DNA of 64,000 nt from an uncultured Thermoplasmatales archaeon (GTDB taxonomy: Archaea > Thermoplasmatota > E2 > DHVEG-1), in contig CAZUBH010000009.1 in NCBI GenBank assembly GCA_964618505.1, forward strand, positions 9,508 through 73,507, given 5' to 3'. Numbering within the stretch: position 1 is the stretch's first letter; each line of letters begins with the position of its first letter. Of this stretch, positions 38,606-48,418 are shown in pieces. Below the pieces are notes generated by a model, which did no database searches, was not told where the DNA came from, and saw only the letters and a list, made by a program, of their open reading frames with translations. The position numbers and the translations under genes are program-made.

Positions 38606-38694
38606 TATTTCCCCCTAATTTTCCCTTCCTTCTTATAAGTTTTTTAGTTATTTTTATATATAAATGTTTTATTGATGTTTCAAGAGGAAGTTAA

Positions 38695-38922
38695 ATGGGA
38701 GTAAATGAAAAATATTTTTGTAAAAGATGTGGAAATCAACTCAATAACATAGACGAGATAGCTCTTGGAATATGCACAAATTGTAAAGGAAAAATTTTAA
38801 CTTCTTCTAATACTGACAAGTTTTATTGTGAAATTTGCGATAAACAATTAAAATCGATGAATGAAAAAGCTATGGGAATATGCGAGAATTGTAAGGCATC
38901 AATTCTGAGAAAATTGAAATAA
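38695..38922 (+). CDS. Small protein with two tandem CxxC-X14-CxxC Zn-ribbon repeats
   Basis: YFCKRC...GICTNCK..IL / FYCEIC...GICENCK..IL. Confidence 0.75.
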   Translation: MGVNEKYFCKRCGNQLNNIDEIALGICTNCKGKILTSSNTDKFYCEICDKQLKSMNEKAMGICENCKASILRKLK

Positions 38923-38966
38923 TAATATAATAATCTTTAAATATACAGAGTTTATATTTATAATAA

Positions 38967-39191
38967 ATGATAAATTTATTAAAAAATATTTATTACAGAA
39001 ATCAACAAAATGATATCGATATCCCAAAAAAAATAAAAGACCCTGTATTTTTTTGCAGTTTATGTTCTAAGAAATTAAAATTTAACGAATTAATAGATGG
39101 TTATAAATGTTCATATTGTGAAAATGATTTATTTTTAAGTGTATATGACATCTCAAATGAAAATTTGAATGATTTTAAAATAATAGCTTAA
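38967..39191 (+). CDS. Small Zn-ribbon protein
   Basis: CSLC...CSYC; 74 aa. Confidence 0.55.
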   Translation: MINLLKNIYYRNQQNDIDIPKKIKDPVFFCSLCSKKLKFNELIDGYKCSYCENDLFLSVYDISNENLNDFKIIA

Positions 39192-39694
39192 TCTTCATCA
39201 CTATTAAAGCCTAAGGCAATTAAATATCCTCTTGCTCTTTCTGAATATTTATATTCATTGACTTTTTTCCAAAAATTTTTTGAATGATTTGGATAAACAA
39301 GATGTGCCAATTCATGAATTATAATATAATCACCTACCCATTTTGGCATTTCTGCCACTCTATCTGATATTCTTATTTTTTTAGAGATGGTAGAACAACT
39401 ACCAAATCTAGAATTTTGATTTGTTACAAATTTTATGCTAAATTCAAGTTTTGAATCAAAATACAATTTGTTTAAATCCTTTGCTCTTTTCTGAAGAAGC
39501 CCATCATCATTAAGTGTTTTTCGTCTTTTGCTTTTTTTATGTTTGTCAATCATTTTTAATATCCATTTTTCCTCTTCAGCTTTTGACAGTCCACAAGGTA
39601 GATAAATTATATATTTTCCATTGATAAATTTTGATTGTATTGTTTTTTTCCTTTTTTTACTTCTAATAATTTCTACGTTTTGGGGAAAAGTCAT
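39188..39694 (-). CDS. YgjP/DUF45-like M48 metallopeptidase
   Basis: RSKKRKKT, SRFGSC, HELAH and HSKNFW motifs. Confidence 0.88.
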   Translation of the reverse strand: MTFPQNVEIIRSKKRKKTIQSKFINGKYIIYLPCGLSKAEEEKWILKMIDKHKKSKRRKTLNDDGLLQKRAKDLNKLYFDSKLEFSIKFVTNQNSRFGSCSTISKKIRISDRVAEMPKWVGDYIIIHELAHLVYPNHSKNFWKKVNEYKYSERARGYLIALGFNSDED

Positions 39695-39784
39695 TTATGA
39701 CAAAACAATTTTCATCTTAATAGATTTTATTAAATTGTACGAAATAATTTAAATATATGTTAATCAATAATATTCTAGGAAAAA

Positions 39785-41704
39785 ATGAATACCAAAACTT
39801 ACAAAACCGTTTTATCAGTAGTTTTAATAGGAATTCTAATAATTTCAAATTTATCTGCTTTAGGATACAACTATAAATCAATTTCAAATAAAACGAATAT
39901 CATATCTTTTGATCTTGAATTTTCAGATCCTGAACTTATTATTCATGATGAAAATATTACTGTTCATATAAATGAAAGTGACATAAACATGATAGTACCA
40001 GATAGACCAGTTTTACCTGTTAACATAACAACTTTGGAATTTGAACTTGGTACAAAAATTAAATCGGTCACATGTGAACATTCATGCCCAGAAGATATTT
40101 ATCTTGAAAAAAATATTGCTAGAGGGCTAAAAAGAAGTATTGACAAAATAAAAATTAGTGGAAACAAGCAACTTAGAGATGGAGAAGTTTATCCAAGTGA
40201 TTGGATATATTATCATGCTGGCGGTGGTCTCTCTTTTACAGAACATGTCACCTTTTTTGTTTTAAGAACTTATCCCGTGAGATATTTTAAAAATGAAAGT
40301 AAATTGCAGTTTATTAGGAATATAACTGTTGAAATTGAGTATGAAGTGCCCGATGAACCAATCTTAAATGATAATGATATTTATGATCTACTGATTATAA
40401 CCCCGTCTAAATTTTCAAGATATTTAAAACCGCTTGTCATTCATAAAAATAATTTGGACGTAAAAACAAGAATTGTAACTTCGGATGAAATTTACAAACA
40501 AACGTATTGGCAAGGAAGAGATAATCAAGAGAAAATAAAATTCTATATCAAAAATGCAATAGAATATTGGGGCATATCACATGTTTTATTGGTTGGAGGA
40601 TTGAAAGGACAAAGTCTAAAATGGAATCTTCCTGCAAGATATAGCAATGTTGTACCTTATGAAGAAGGAGATCATGCAGAGTTTTCATTTATAAGCGATT
40701 TATATTACGCAGATATTTATGATTCAGAAGGCAACTTTTCTAGCTGGGATAATAACAATAACAATATATTTTCTGAATGGGACAGTTCAGTTAGAGAATA
40801 TGTAGATTTATATCCTGACGTTTATCTTGGAAGGATACCCTGTAGAAATAGTCTAGAAGTTAGAATTATGGTCAATAAAATAATTAATTATGAAAAAGAT
40901 AAATGTGATGAATCTTGGTTTAAGAATTTAATTTTGGTTGGTGGAGATTCATATGATGATGCTGATCAATTTAACGAAGGAGAACTTATTTGTGAAAAAG
41001 CAATTGAGCATATGCCTGGATTTACACCACTAAAAGTTTATGCGTCAGAGCAAGATATTAACAGAAGATCAGTCAATAATGTTATGAACCAAGGCGCTGG
41101 TTTTGCATATTTCTGTGGACATGGTAGTCCTTTAAGTTGGACAACACATTTTCCACCAAATGGTACAGAGTGGACAACTGGATATGAAATAAGTGATATG
41201 ATATTTTTAAGAAATAAAGAAAAGCAACCAATAACAATTGTTGGTGGATGTCATAATGGACAATTTGATGTTACTCTAAGCAATATTATTCTTGGCATTT
41301 TAGATGATGGACTTCATTATTTTAGCTCTGAGGCGGGAAACTTTGGAGCATTTTGGTACAGTGAATGGGTTCCAAACAGCTGGGCTTGGTTTTTAACAAG
41401 CAAGAAAAATGGTGGCGCTATCGCAACTATTGCAAATACAGGCCTTGGCACACATGGAGATGGAGATTCAGATAAAAACGGAATTGCAGATTATCTTGAA
41501 ATATTAGATGGATGGCTTGAGCTTAGAATATTACAACTTTACGGGGAGGATGAAAACGATGATTTGGGTGAAAATCACGGACAGGTAATGACTGAATATT
41601 TGCATTTATTCTATGGGAATAATGATAAATGGGATATTAAAATGGTTCAGCAATGGGAACTTTTTGGAGATCCTAGCCTTAAAATCGGTGGATATTCACT
41701 ATAG
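39785..41704 (+). CDS. C25 gingipain-like peptidase with propeptide
   Basis: Signal peptide, propeptide, SDLYYAD, GRIPCRN, GHG(His), GGC(Cys), LFGDPSLKIGGY. Confidence 0.9.
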   Translation: MNTKTYKTVLSVVLIGILIISNLSALGYNYKSISNKTNIISFDLEFSDPELIIHDENITVHINESDINMIVPDRPVLPVNITTLEFELGTKIKSVTCEHSCPEDIYLEKNIARGLKRSIDKIKISGNKQLRDGEVYPSDWIYYHAGGGLSFTEHVTFFVLRTYPVRYFKNESKLQFIRNITVEIEYEVPDEPILNDNDIYDLLIITPSKFSRYLKPLVIHKNNLDVKTRIVTSDEIYKQTYWQGRDNQEKIKFYIKNAIEYWGISHVLLVGGLKGQSLKWNLPARYSNVVPYEEGDHAEFSFISDLYYADIYDSEGNFSSWDNNNNNIFSEWDSSVREYVDLYPDVYLGRIPCRNSLEVRIMVNKIINYEKDKCDESWFKNLILVGGDSYDDADQFNEGELICEKAIEHMPGFTPLKVYASEQDINRRSVNNVMNQGAGFAYFCGHGSPLSWTTHFPPNGTEWTTGYEISDMIFLRNKEKQPITIVGGCHNGQFDVTLSNIILGILDDGLHYFSSEAGNFGAFWYSEWVPNSWAWFLTSKKNGGAIATIANTGLGTHGDGDSDKNGIADYLEILDGWLELRILQLYGEDENDDLGENHGQVMTEYLHLFYGNNDKWDIKMVQQWELFGDPSLKIGGYSL

Positions 41705-41706
41705 AC

Positions 41707-41868
41707 TCATTTATTGTCAAAAGTAGTATCCCCTCTAGATACATCTATGATATATTTAATTACGACATCCTTTGGAAAATTTGACGTTTGCAGGTATTCT
41801 TCGCATATCTTTTCAATCTTTGTAAGTCTTTTCTGAAAATCGTATTCTTCATTCACGGTGCATCTCAT
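41707..41868 (-). CDS. Possible 53-aa micro-ORF
   Basis: Hand-translated MRCTVNEEYDFQKRLTKIEKICEEYLQTSNFPKDVVIKYIIDVSRGDTTFDNK; fills an otherwise empty gap. Confidence 0.35.
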   Translation of the reverse strand: MRCTVNEEYDFQKRLTKIEKICEEYLQTSNFPKDVVIKYIIDVSRGDTTFDNK

Positions 41869-41953
41869 CCGTAGTTTAAAGGGCATTAAAAACTCATTAA
41901 AAACTCTTTCTAAATTTTTAGCTATATTTTTAAATCAATATTTGTTTATAATA

Positions 41954-42637
41954 ATGGAAATCATGACAAAATATTGTCCAAGTTGTTCAAAAAAACAAAA
42001 AGAGGAATTTAAGTACTGTACGGATTGTGGAGAAAAACTTCAAAAAGCACCAGCAATGTGCGTTTTTTGTGGGCATAAATTAGGTGATTTTTTTAAGTTT
42101 TGTCCCGAATGTGGAAATTATATAGCTGAAGGAAAAAAACCTAAGGCCGATACAAAGTCAAAGAGCTCTTATATCAAGACAAAAGATAAAAATAAATTAT
42201 CTTTGCCAAAGTTTAATTTTAAAAGAATTCCAAAAAATCTTATGATTATATTGTTAATTGTTGTTGTAGTTGTTATTGTTATTAGTGCGGCTTATATTTT
42301 ATTATCTTCCAATCCAAGTTCCTCAGGATCTGAATACGGCGGGCGAACATTCACTGTTACAATTGTAAATAATTACAATTATGATGTAATTTGTGATTTA
42401 AAAGTAGGTCCACTAAAATATTCAGAAGGTTTTCCAGTTCTAGCAGGTGAAAGCTTACCTTTAACTGTAAATGAAGATGATTTGTTTTCAACTAGCAGCA
42501 GTTATAATATGACTCTTTATGTAATGTATGATGAAATCGAACAATCTGCTACTGCAATAGAAGTAACTAGCTACGCTAGTTTTGAAATTTCAGAATCTGG
42601 TAACCAGCATGTAGTAGAGGCTACAGAATATCAATAA
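41954..42637 (+). CDS. Double zinc-ribbon membrane protein
   Basis: Four CxxC pairs, one TM helix, extracellular beta domain; the ORF-track start at 41858 is probably too long. Confidence 0.8.
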   Translation: MEIMTKYCPSCSKKQKEEFKYCTDCGEKLQKAPAMCVFCGHKLGDFFKFCPECGNYIAEGKKPKADTKSKSSYIKTKDKNKLSLPKFNFKRIPKNLMIILLIVVVVVIVISAAYILLSSNPSSSGSEYGGRTFTVTIVNNYNYDVICDLKVGPLKYSEGFPVLAGESLPLTVNEDDLFSTSSSYNMTLYVMYDEIEQSATAIEVTSYASFEISESGNQHVVEATEYQ

Positions 42638-42715
42638 TTGTGGCTAATTTTTTAGAAAATTATAAAAACAAGTAGCTACATAATAATTAACAATCGTTAA
42701 TAGTGTGGATGAGTC

Positions 42716-43378
42716 TTGAATAAAAAATATCTAATAAGCAGTTTAATTATAATTTCTATTATTAGTCTATCTATATTGCCTGGTTGTTTGCAAGAAGATT
42801 TAAAGCTAGACAATGTAGAGATTAGAGAATACCAGGGGGAAAAACTATCTTCTGTTTATGATTTTAGAGAAAACTCGATAAAAGGCCCCCAATATGTAAA
42901 CAAAACCAAATATAGATTGGAAATAACAGGTCTTATAAATAATCCTAAAAATTATACTTATAACGAAGTTTTATCTAATTTTAAAAACTACAAAAAAGTA
43001 GTAAAACTTTATTGTGTTGAAGGCTGGGACGTAACAATTCTTTGGGATGGAATTTTAGTAAGAGACATTTTGGAAGATGTTGAGCCAAAAGAAAATGCTA
43101 AAACAATAATATTCAAAGCCCATGATGGATATACTACTTCTTTTCCAATTGAATATGTTATTGAAAACGAAATTCTCATGGCATTTAAGATGAACAATGT
43201 AACCCTTCCTGCACAAAGGGGTTTTCCATTTCAACTTGTCGCTGAAAGCAAATGGGGATATAAATGGATAAAATGGATAACAGAAATAGAGCTCTCAGAA
43301 AATGTATACTACAAAGGTTACTGGGAAAGAAGAGGTTATTCAAATAGTGCCAATTTATCTGAAGATTTTTTTGATTGA
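42716..43378 (+). CDS. Molybdopterin-dependent oxidoreductase (sulfite oxidase/MsrP-like catalytic domain)
   Basis: CVEGW, W.GI, AFKMN..LP..RGFP..L, GYKWIKWI and GYWERRGY motifs; lipobox-like PGC. Confidence 0.88.
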   Translation: MNKKYLISSLIIISIISLSILPGCLQEDLKLDNVEIREYQGEKLSSVYDFRENSIKGPQYVNKTKYRLEITGLINNPKNYTYNEVLSNFKNYKKVVKLYCVEGWDVTILWDGILVRDILEDVEPKENAKTIIFKAHDGYTTSFPIEYVIENEILMAFKMNNVTLPAQRGFPFQLVAESKWGYKWIKWITEIELSENVYYKGYWERRGYSNSANLSEDFFD

Positions 43379-43379
43379 A

Positions 43380-43637
43380 ATGAATAAACTAAAAATTATT
43401 AAAAAAAGTACTCACTTGCTTGTATCAATATTTACAATTTTTTACATAGTAACAGGGTTTGGTATATCTGATTATCAGATAATCGAACCAATTACATTTG
43501 GCCTTCTCACAAAGTCGCTTGCATTTAAGTTGCATTACTGGTTAATTGTTCCTTTTATAATTATCATAATATTTCATATATACTTTTCAATAGGACATAA
43601 AATAAAAAAAATATTAAGAAGGAAAAATTATGAATAA
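43380..43637 (+). CDS. Small two-TM membrane protein with His residues
   Basis: TGFG...KLH and FH patterns; tightly coupled to the Moco enzyme. Confidence 0.65.
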   Translation: MNKLKIIKKSTHLLVSIFTIFYIVTGFGISDYQIIEPITFGLLTKSLAFKLHYWLIVPFIIIIIFHIYFSIGHKIKKILRRKNYE

Positions 43638-44001
43638 AGATTGGAAGAAAACTTTAACAAAAGAGCAATATCACATTATTAGAGAAAAAGGAACTGAACC
43701 GCCTTTTTTTGGAGAATATCTAGATAATAAAAAAGAAGGAAGATATTTATGTGCTGCATGTAAAAACGAGCTTTTTAAATCCAATCATAAATTTAACTCA
43801 GGAACAGGTTGGCCAAGTTTTTATGATGCAGAAAAGGAAAATATAGAGTTAAAAACAGATAACAGCCTGCTTATGAAACGAATAGAAGTTGTATGCAAAA
43901 AATGTGGTGGACATCTTGGTCATGTTTTTGACGATGGACCAAAACCTACCGGAAAGAGATATTGCATAAATTCTTTATCACTTGAATTTGAAGAAAAATA
44001 A
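43630..44001 (+). CDS. msrB: Peptide methionine-(R)-sulfoxide reductase
   Basis: GTEPPF, SGTGWPSF, GHLGHVF.DGP..TGKRYCINS motifs. Confidence 0.96.
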   Translation: MNKDWKKTLTKEQYHIIREKGTEPPFFGEYLDNKKEGRYLCAACKNELFKSNHKFNSGTGWPSFYDAEKENIELKTDNSLLMKRIEVVCKKCGGHLGHVFDDGPKPTGKRYCINSLSLEFEEK

Positions 44002-44063
44002 TGATTTTGATAAAACAGATCAATTAAAATATTTTGTTTCAGTTTATAGAATTGTTAGACAAG

Positions 44064-44321
44064 ATGGAAAATAAAATTGATGTCGATAAGATTGATGAAA
44101 GATTAAGAAAAGAAGGTTGGAGATTTTTTGGACCTATTTTGCATTATCAAAATGCATTAAAGGACCAAGCCTCAATTTATGAAAAAGATGGAAAATTTAT
44201 TGTTTCGGGAATAGATAAATCTGGTGAAAAAGAATTAAATGAACCCATAACAAAAGAAGAGGCAGAAAAAAGAGTTGAAGAAAGTTTAGAAGAAATCAAA
44301 AATTATGTTTTTGGTAAATAA
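44064..44321 (+). CDS. Hypothetical protein
   Basis: 85 aa ORF with normal composition. Confidence 0.55.
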   Translation: MENKIDVDKIDERLRKEGWRFFGPILHYQNALKDQASIYEKDGKFIVSGIDKSGEKELNEPITKEEAEKRVEESLEEIKNYVFGK

Positions 44322-44864
44322 TTACCATCTTTCATAATGAATTATTTCATCCAGACTTTTTCTTTTTTTACTACCTGCTATTGTTTTTATCATCTTTTCA
44401 CTAAAACTTTTTTTATCTGCCGGATAACCTACTGGCGTAATTGCTACTACTCTTATTCTATTGGGAATTTCTAATGCGATTTTAATTTTCTTTTCATCAT
44501 AAGCCGCAATCCAGCACGTTCCAAGTCCAACATTTGTTGCTGCAAGTACCAAGTGCTGCAAGGAAATTGCAACATCTACCAGAAAGTAATCCATATCATT
44601 TTCAGTTCCACTTGATGTTGGATCTGCACAGGCAATAATTATCATAGGTGCTTTTTTAAGCCATCTATTTACAATACTTGCTTTTGAAATTTTTTCAATT
44701 TGATCTTTATCTTTTACTACAATAAATCTCCAACATTGTCTATTTGCATATGAAGGAGCTAATCTAGCACAATCTAGGACATAATCTATCTTTTCATCTT
44801 CAATTTGTTTATCTGAATATGTGCGTACACTTTTTCTGGATTTTATTACATCTGTAAATTCCAT
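44322..44864 (-). CDS. Nitroreductase family protein
   Basis: RKSVRTY, ARLAPS.ANRQ.W, GLGTCWI and RK.L.EI motifs. Confidence 0.92.
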   Translation of the reverse strand: MEFTDVIKSRKSVRTYSDKQIEDEKIDYVLDCARLAPSYANRQCWRFIVVKDKDQIEKISKASIVNRWLKKAPMIIIACADPTSSGTENDMDYFLVDVAISLQHLVLAATNVGLGTCWIAAYDEKKIKIALEIPNRIRVVAITPVGYPADKKSFSEKMIKTIAGSKKRKSLDEIIHYERW

Positions 44865-44930
44865 TTTATCCCTTTTTAAAAATAAAGTAATTTAGTAGTA
44901 TCTACTATATTTTGAATTTATGAATTTGGA

Positions 44931-45311
44931 TTAAATCTTACGAGTTTTTTCCAGACTTATTTTATTTTCTCGTGCAAGCCATCCAATTGCAGAATGAACA
45001 GTTTTACTATCTATATTGATTTGTTTTGAAATCTCCTCTGTATTGAGTCTTCCCTCAATATCAAGAATTTGCCAGATTTGTCCGGCTGCAGTTCCAATAT
45101 CATTTGTCATATTCGTGTCAGAGAGAGAAAAGTATTCTCCATCTTTACTTATTTTGTTTTCTCTTGCAAGCCATCCAATAGCTGCTGAAAGTTCATTTTT
45201 TCTAAGACAGGTTTCTGCAATTAGCTCTTCCTCAGTAAGTCTGCCATTTTCATTAAGTGTATTCCAAATTCTTCCTGCATTAAGTCCCAATTCTTCTATT
45301 GCGCTAACCAT
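44931..45311 (-). CDS. Tandem winged-helix protein (DUF2582-like, duplicated)
   Basis: Two copies of G..AG.IW..L...G.L...E......AIGWLARENKI. Confidence 0.8.
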   Translation of the reverse strand: MVSAIEELGLNAGRIWNTLNENGRLTEEELIAETCLRKNELSAAIGWLARENKISKDGEYFSLSDTNMTNDIGTAAGQIWQILDIEGRLNTEEISKQINIDSKTVHSAIGWLARENKISLEKTRKI

Positions 45312-45364
45312 CTATGCATCCCACTATATTTGTGTATCATTTGTCTTTTAATAAATATTTCAGT

Positions 45365-46237
45365 TTATTTTAATTTTTTTTGCTTTTTTGATAAATAACT
45401 TATCCCAACATCAGTTAACTCTACTGTATTATTAGATGTATATTGAAGCATTTCAAATTCTGAAAGTTTTTGAATCATGGAGTTTATCTCTTCCTTAGAG
45501 GCTCCTAAAAGATGTGCAGCTGTTTTTATATCCATATCTCTTGAATACATAAGTTCTAAAAGTTTGTAATCTCTTTCATAAACCATTACCTCTCTTTCAA
45601 GGTCTTTTTCTGATTTTTTTTGAGAACCAGATAACTTTTGTACATAATTTTCAATAATTCTGTCAAGATTTAATTTATCAAGAATATTTCCTTTTGAATC
45701 ATATAAAACGCAAAATTGACTATCAGGTTCATGTTTCCATGCTGATACATTATCCCACGTATAACCAAGTAGGTTTTTTGAAGATGTTTGATCTGGAGAT
45801 TTTGCTGTTTTTTTTCTTTCTTGTCTCCAGTATAAATGATGTTGTTCTAATTGTATTTGGTCTAAATCAATTCCGCAATAATTCACTATTTGATTTGCAA
45901 CATCCTCTCCAATATATTCCCTAAATTCTGTAATAAAATACAGGCCTGCATCTGTATTAAGATCAGTATACACAACACGAATAAGTGATTCAATTGCATT
46001 GCCAATATAAGATTTATCCAAATTATCTATTTTTTCAGAAATGTCTATACCAAAATTTTCTTCAGAAATTTCGTTTTCATTAATCCTTACATGTTTTAAA
46101 AAGTCATATTTACCTTCAAGGGTTTTAATGGTAGATCCTATAGCTTCGTTTGCAATTCGTTCAGTGGTTCTTCTGCCTGAAACTTCATATAAAGCAATAA
46201 TAGTTGCTTTTAATATAGACGAATTTTTTAATTGCAT
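45365..46237 (-). CDS. Hypothetical protein with possible C-terminal winged helix
   Basis: 290 aa ORF; C-terminal MDIKTAAHLLG...VELTDVG pattern. Confidence 0.65.
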   Translation of the reverse strand: MQLKNSSILKATIIALYEVSGRRTTERIANEAIGSTIKTLEGKYDFLKHVRINENEISEENFGIDISEKIDNLDKSYIGNAIESLIRVVYTDLNTDAGLYFITEFREYIGEDVANQIVNYCGIDLDQIQLEQHHLYWRQERKKTAKSPDQTSSKNLLGYTWDNVSAWKHEPDSQFCVLYDSKGNILDKLNLDRIIENYVQKLSGSQKKSEKDLEREVMVYERDYKLLELMYSRDMDIKTAAHLLGASKEEINSMIQKLSEFEMLQYTSNNTVELTDVGISYLSKKQKKLK

Positions 46238-46384
46238 TATTTCAAACCTAAAATCGCAAAATATTATTAAATGTAATAAAAAATGGTTTAAAAATTTTAA
46301 CTATATTTTTAAAATATTGGCTTAAAAAAGAAAATAAACTTTTAAATATCATGATATTTATATTATAATAAAAAGGGGTAATTT

Positions 46385-48328
46385 ATGAAAAAAATTCTTA
46401 CAGTATTAATTATAGGTATTTTGATAGCAACTAGCTTTGTATTTGTGGGTTCATCAGATAAGTCAAATTTTGTTAGTGAAAATGAAACTTTGAATTTATC
46501 AGAACCTATTTTAAAAAATAAGGATGATTTTAATTATGTTGTTTTAAAGCAGGCAGATACCTACCTAAATAATCCTGGTCAACCTATACTCCCGGTTATA
46601 AACAAAGTTTACAAATTTCCAATGGGGACAATCATTTCTGATGTAAAATGCAGTCCTAAAAACGTTCAATCTTTGTCTATAGAAAACAAAATTGGATTTG
46701 CAAAAAAACCTGTTATTAAAGATCAATTATTATCTAAAAACCAATTTACCCAACCAGACGAAACTGTATATGAAAGTGAGAAACTTTATCCAAGTGAATG
46801 GTTTAGCTACAATATAGGAGTTGGACTTGATGGAGAAGAACATATAACCTATCTGACTTTAAGAGTATATCCTGTAAGATATTCTGCAAAAAATGATAAT
46901 ATAAAATTTTCATCAAGTTTTGATATTAAAATAAATTATGAAAAACCTAAAAACACGGTTGAAACCTCCGAAGAGGAATATAAGTTAGTAATAATTTCTC
47001 CAAGATTATTTACCCTTCAGCTAAATCGATTAGCAGAGCATAAACAAAGTCACGATATATCAACAAAAATTGTTACTACGCAAGAGATTTATAGAGATTT
47101 TGAAGGTGTAGACAAACAAGAGAAAATCAAAAAATTCATTCAACATGCGGTCGAAGAATGGCAAACGACTTATGTTTTATTATTTGGGGGTATGAAAGGT
47201 CAGAAAATTTGGTCATGGCATGTCCCTGTCAGATACTCCAATTTGGATGATGCTTCTGATATTGAAACATCATATGTATCTGATATGTATTATTCAGATC
47301 TTTACAAATATAGTAAAGAAACGGGTTATACTTTTGATGATTGGGATTCAAATGATAACGGAATTTTTGCAGAATGGAATACAGATGCAAAAGACATACT
47401 TGATATGTATCCAGATGTTTGTCTTGGTAGAATTCCTTGCAGATATCTTTTTGAGGTTAGAAAAATTGTCAATAGAATAATCGATTACGAAGAAAATACA
47501 AAAGGGCAATCATGGTTTAACTCAATGGCTGTTGTTGGCGGAGATTCGTTTGATGATATAAATTGGGACACGCCAACTGATTATTTGGAAGGTCAAATTG
47601 AAAATGAAAAGGCCTTAGAATATATGGATGGTTTTGAACATACACGAATTTGGGTTGAAGGTGGTGATGTTGAGTTTACCACAGAAAATGCTGAAAATGA
47701 ATTAAGTAAAGGCCATGGATTTGTTTATTTTAGTGGTCACGGCAATCCAAGTAGTTGGTCTGTACATCCTCATGGAGATTTTGAAACATGGATATCATTT
47801 GGATTGAAAAGCATAAAAAGTCTAACTAATGCAGAAAAACTTCCAGTTCTTGTAGTTGGAGGCTGCCATAATTGCCAGTTTGATGTTTCCATTCTAAAAA
47901 TTTTATCTTATAGGGCCTTAATATGGGGAGAAGCAACAACAAAATGTTGGGGATGGCAATATGCCAGTTCAAATAATGGTGGCTCAATTGCAACAATAGG
48001 TAATACTGGGCTTGGTTATGGCACAATAGGTGATGGCCCTAGCCCACCTGATGAAATACCTGGTAGTGTACCAGATGGAATACCCGATTGTATACAATAT
48101 CTTGGTGGTTGGCTTGAACCTCACTTTTTTGAAGTATATAAAAACCAAAGCAAGGATATTTTAGGAGAAGCACATATACAATCATTAATAGATTATCAAA
48201 ATCTATTTCCAATAAACTGGTCAATGAATTGGGATGATCATGAGCAATATCCAACACTTGTAGATTGCAAAACAACTCAACAATGGGTTTTGTTTGGCGA
48301 TCCAAGCTTAAAAATTGGCGGATACTAA
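46385..48328 (+). CDS. C25 gingipain-like peptidase with propeptide
   Basis: Signal peptide, SDMYYSD, GRIPCR, SGHG, GGCH and LFGDPSLKIGGY motifs. Confidence 0.9.
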   Translation: MKKILTVLIIGILIATSFVFVGSSDKSNFVSENETLNLSEPILKNKDDFNYVVLKQADTYLNNPGQPILPVINKVYKFPMGTIISDVKCSPKNVQSLSIENKIGFAKKPVIKDQLLSKNQFTQPDETVYESEKLYPSEWFSYNIGVGLDGEEHITYLTLRVYPVRYSAKNDNIKFSSSFDIKINYEKPKNTVETSEEEYKLVIISPRLFTLQLNRLAEHKQSHDISTKIVTTQEIYRDFEGVDKQEKIKKFIQHAVEEWQTTYVLLFGGMKGQKIWSWHVPVRYSNLDDASDIETSYVSDMYYSDLYKYSKETGYTFDDWDSNDNGIFAEWNTDAKDILDMYPDVCLGRIPCRYLFEVRKIVNRIIDYEENTKGQSWFNSMAVVGGDSFDDINWDTPTDYLEGQIENEKALEYMDGFEHTRIWVEGGDVEFTTENAENELSKGHGFVYFSGHGNPSSWSVHPHGDFETWISFGLKSIKSLTNAEKLPVLVVGGCHNCQFDVSILKILSYRALIWGEATTKCWGWQYASSNNGGSIATIGNTGLGYGTIGDGPSPPDEIPGSVPDGIPDCIQYLGGWLEPHFFEVYKNQSKDILGEAHIQSLIDYQNLFPINWSMNWDDHEQYPTLVDCKTTQQWVLFGDPSLKIGGY

Positions 48329-48418
48329 ATCCACCCTTTTTTCATTTATTTGTACAAATTTTAGATAAGAATCTTTATATATTAATCGGTTTGTATATTA
48401 ATACTGGAGTAATATTGA

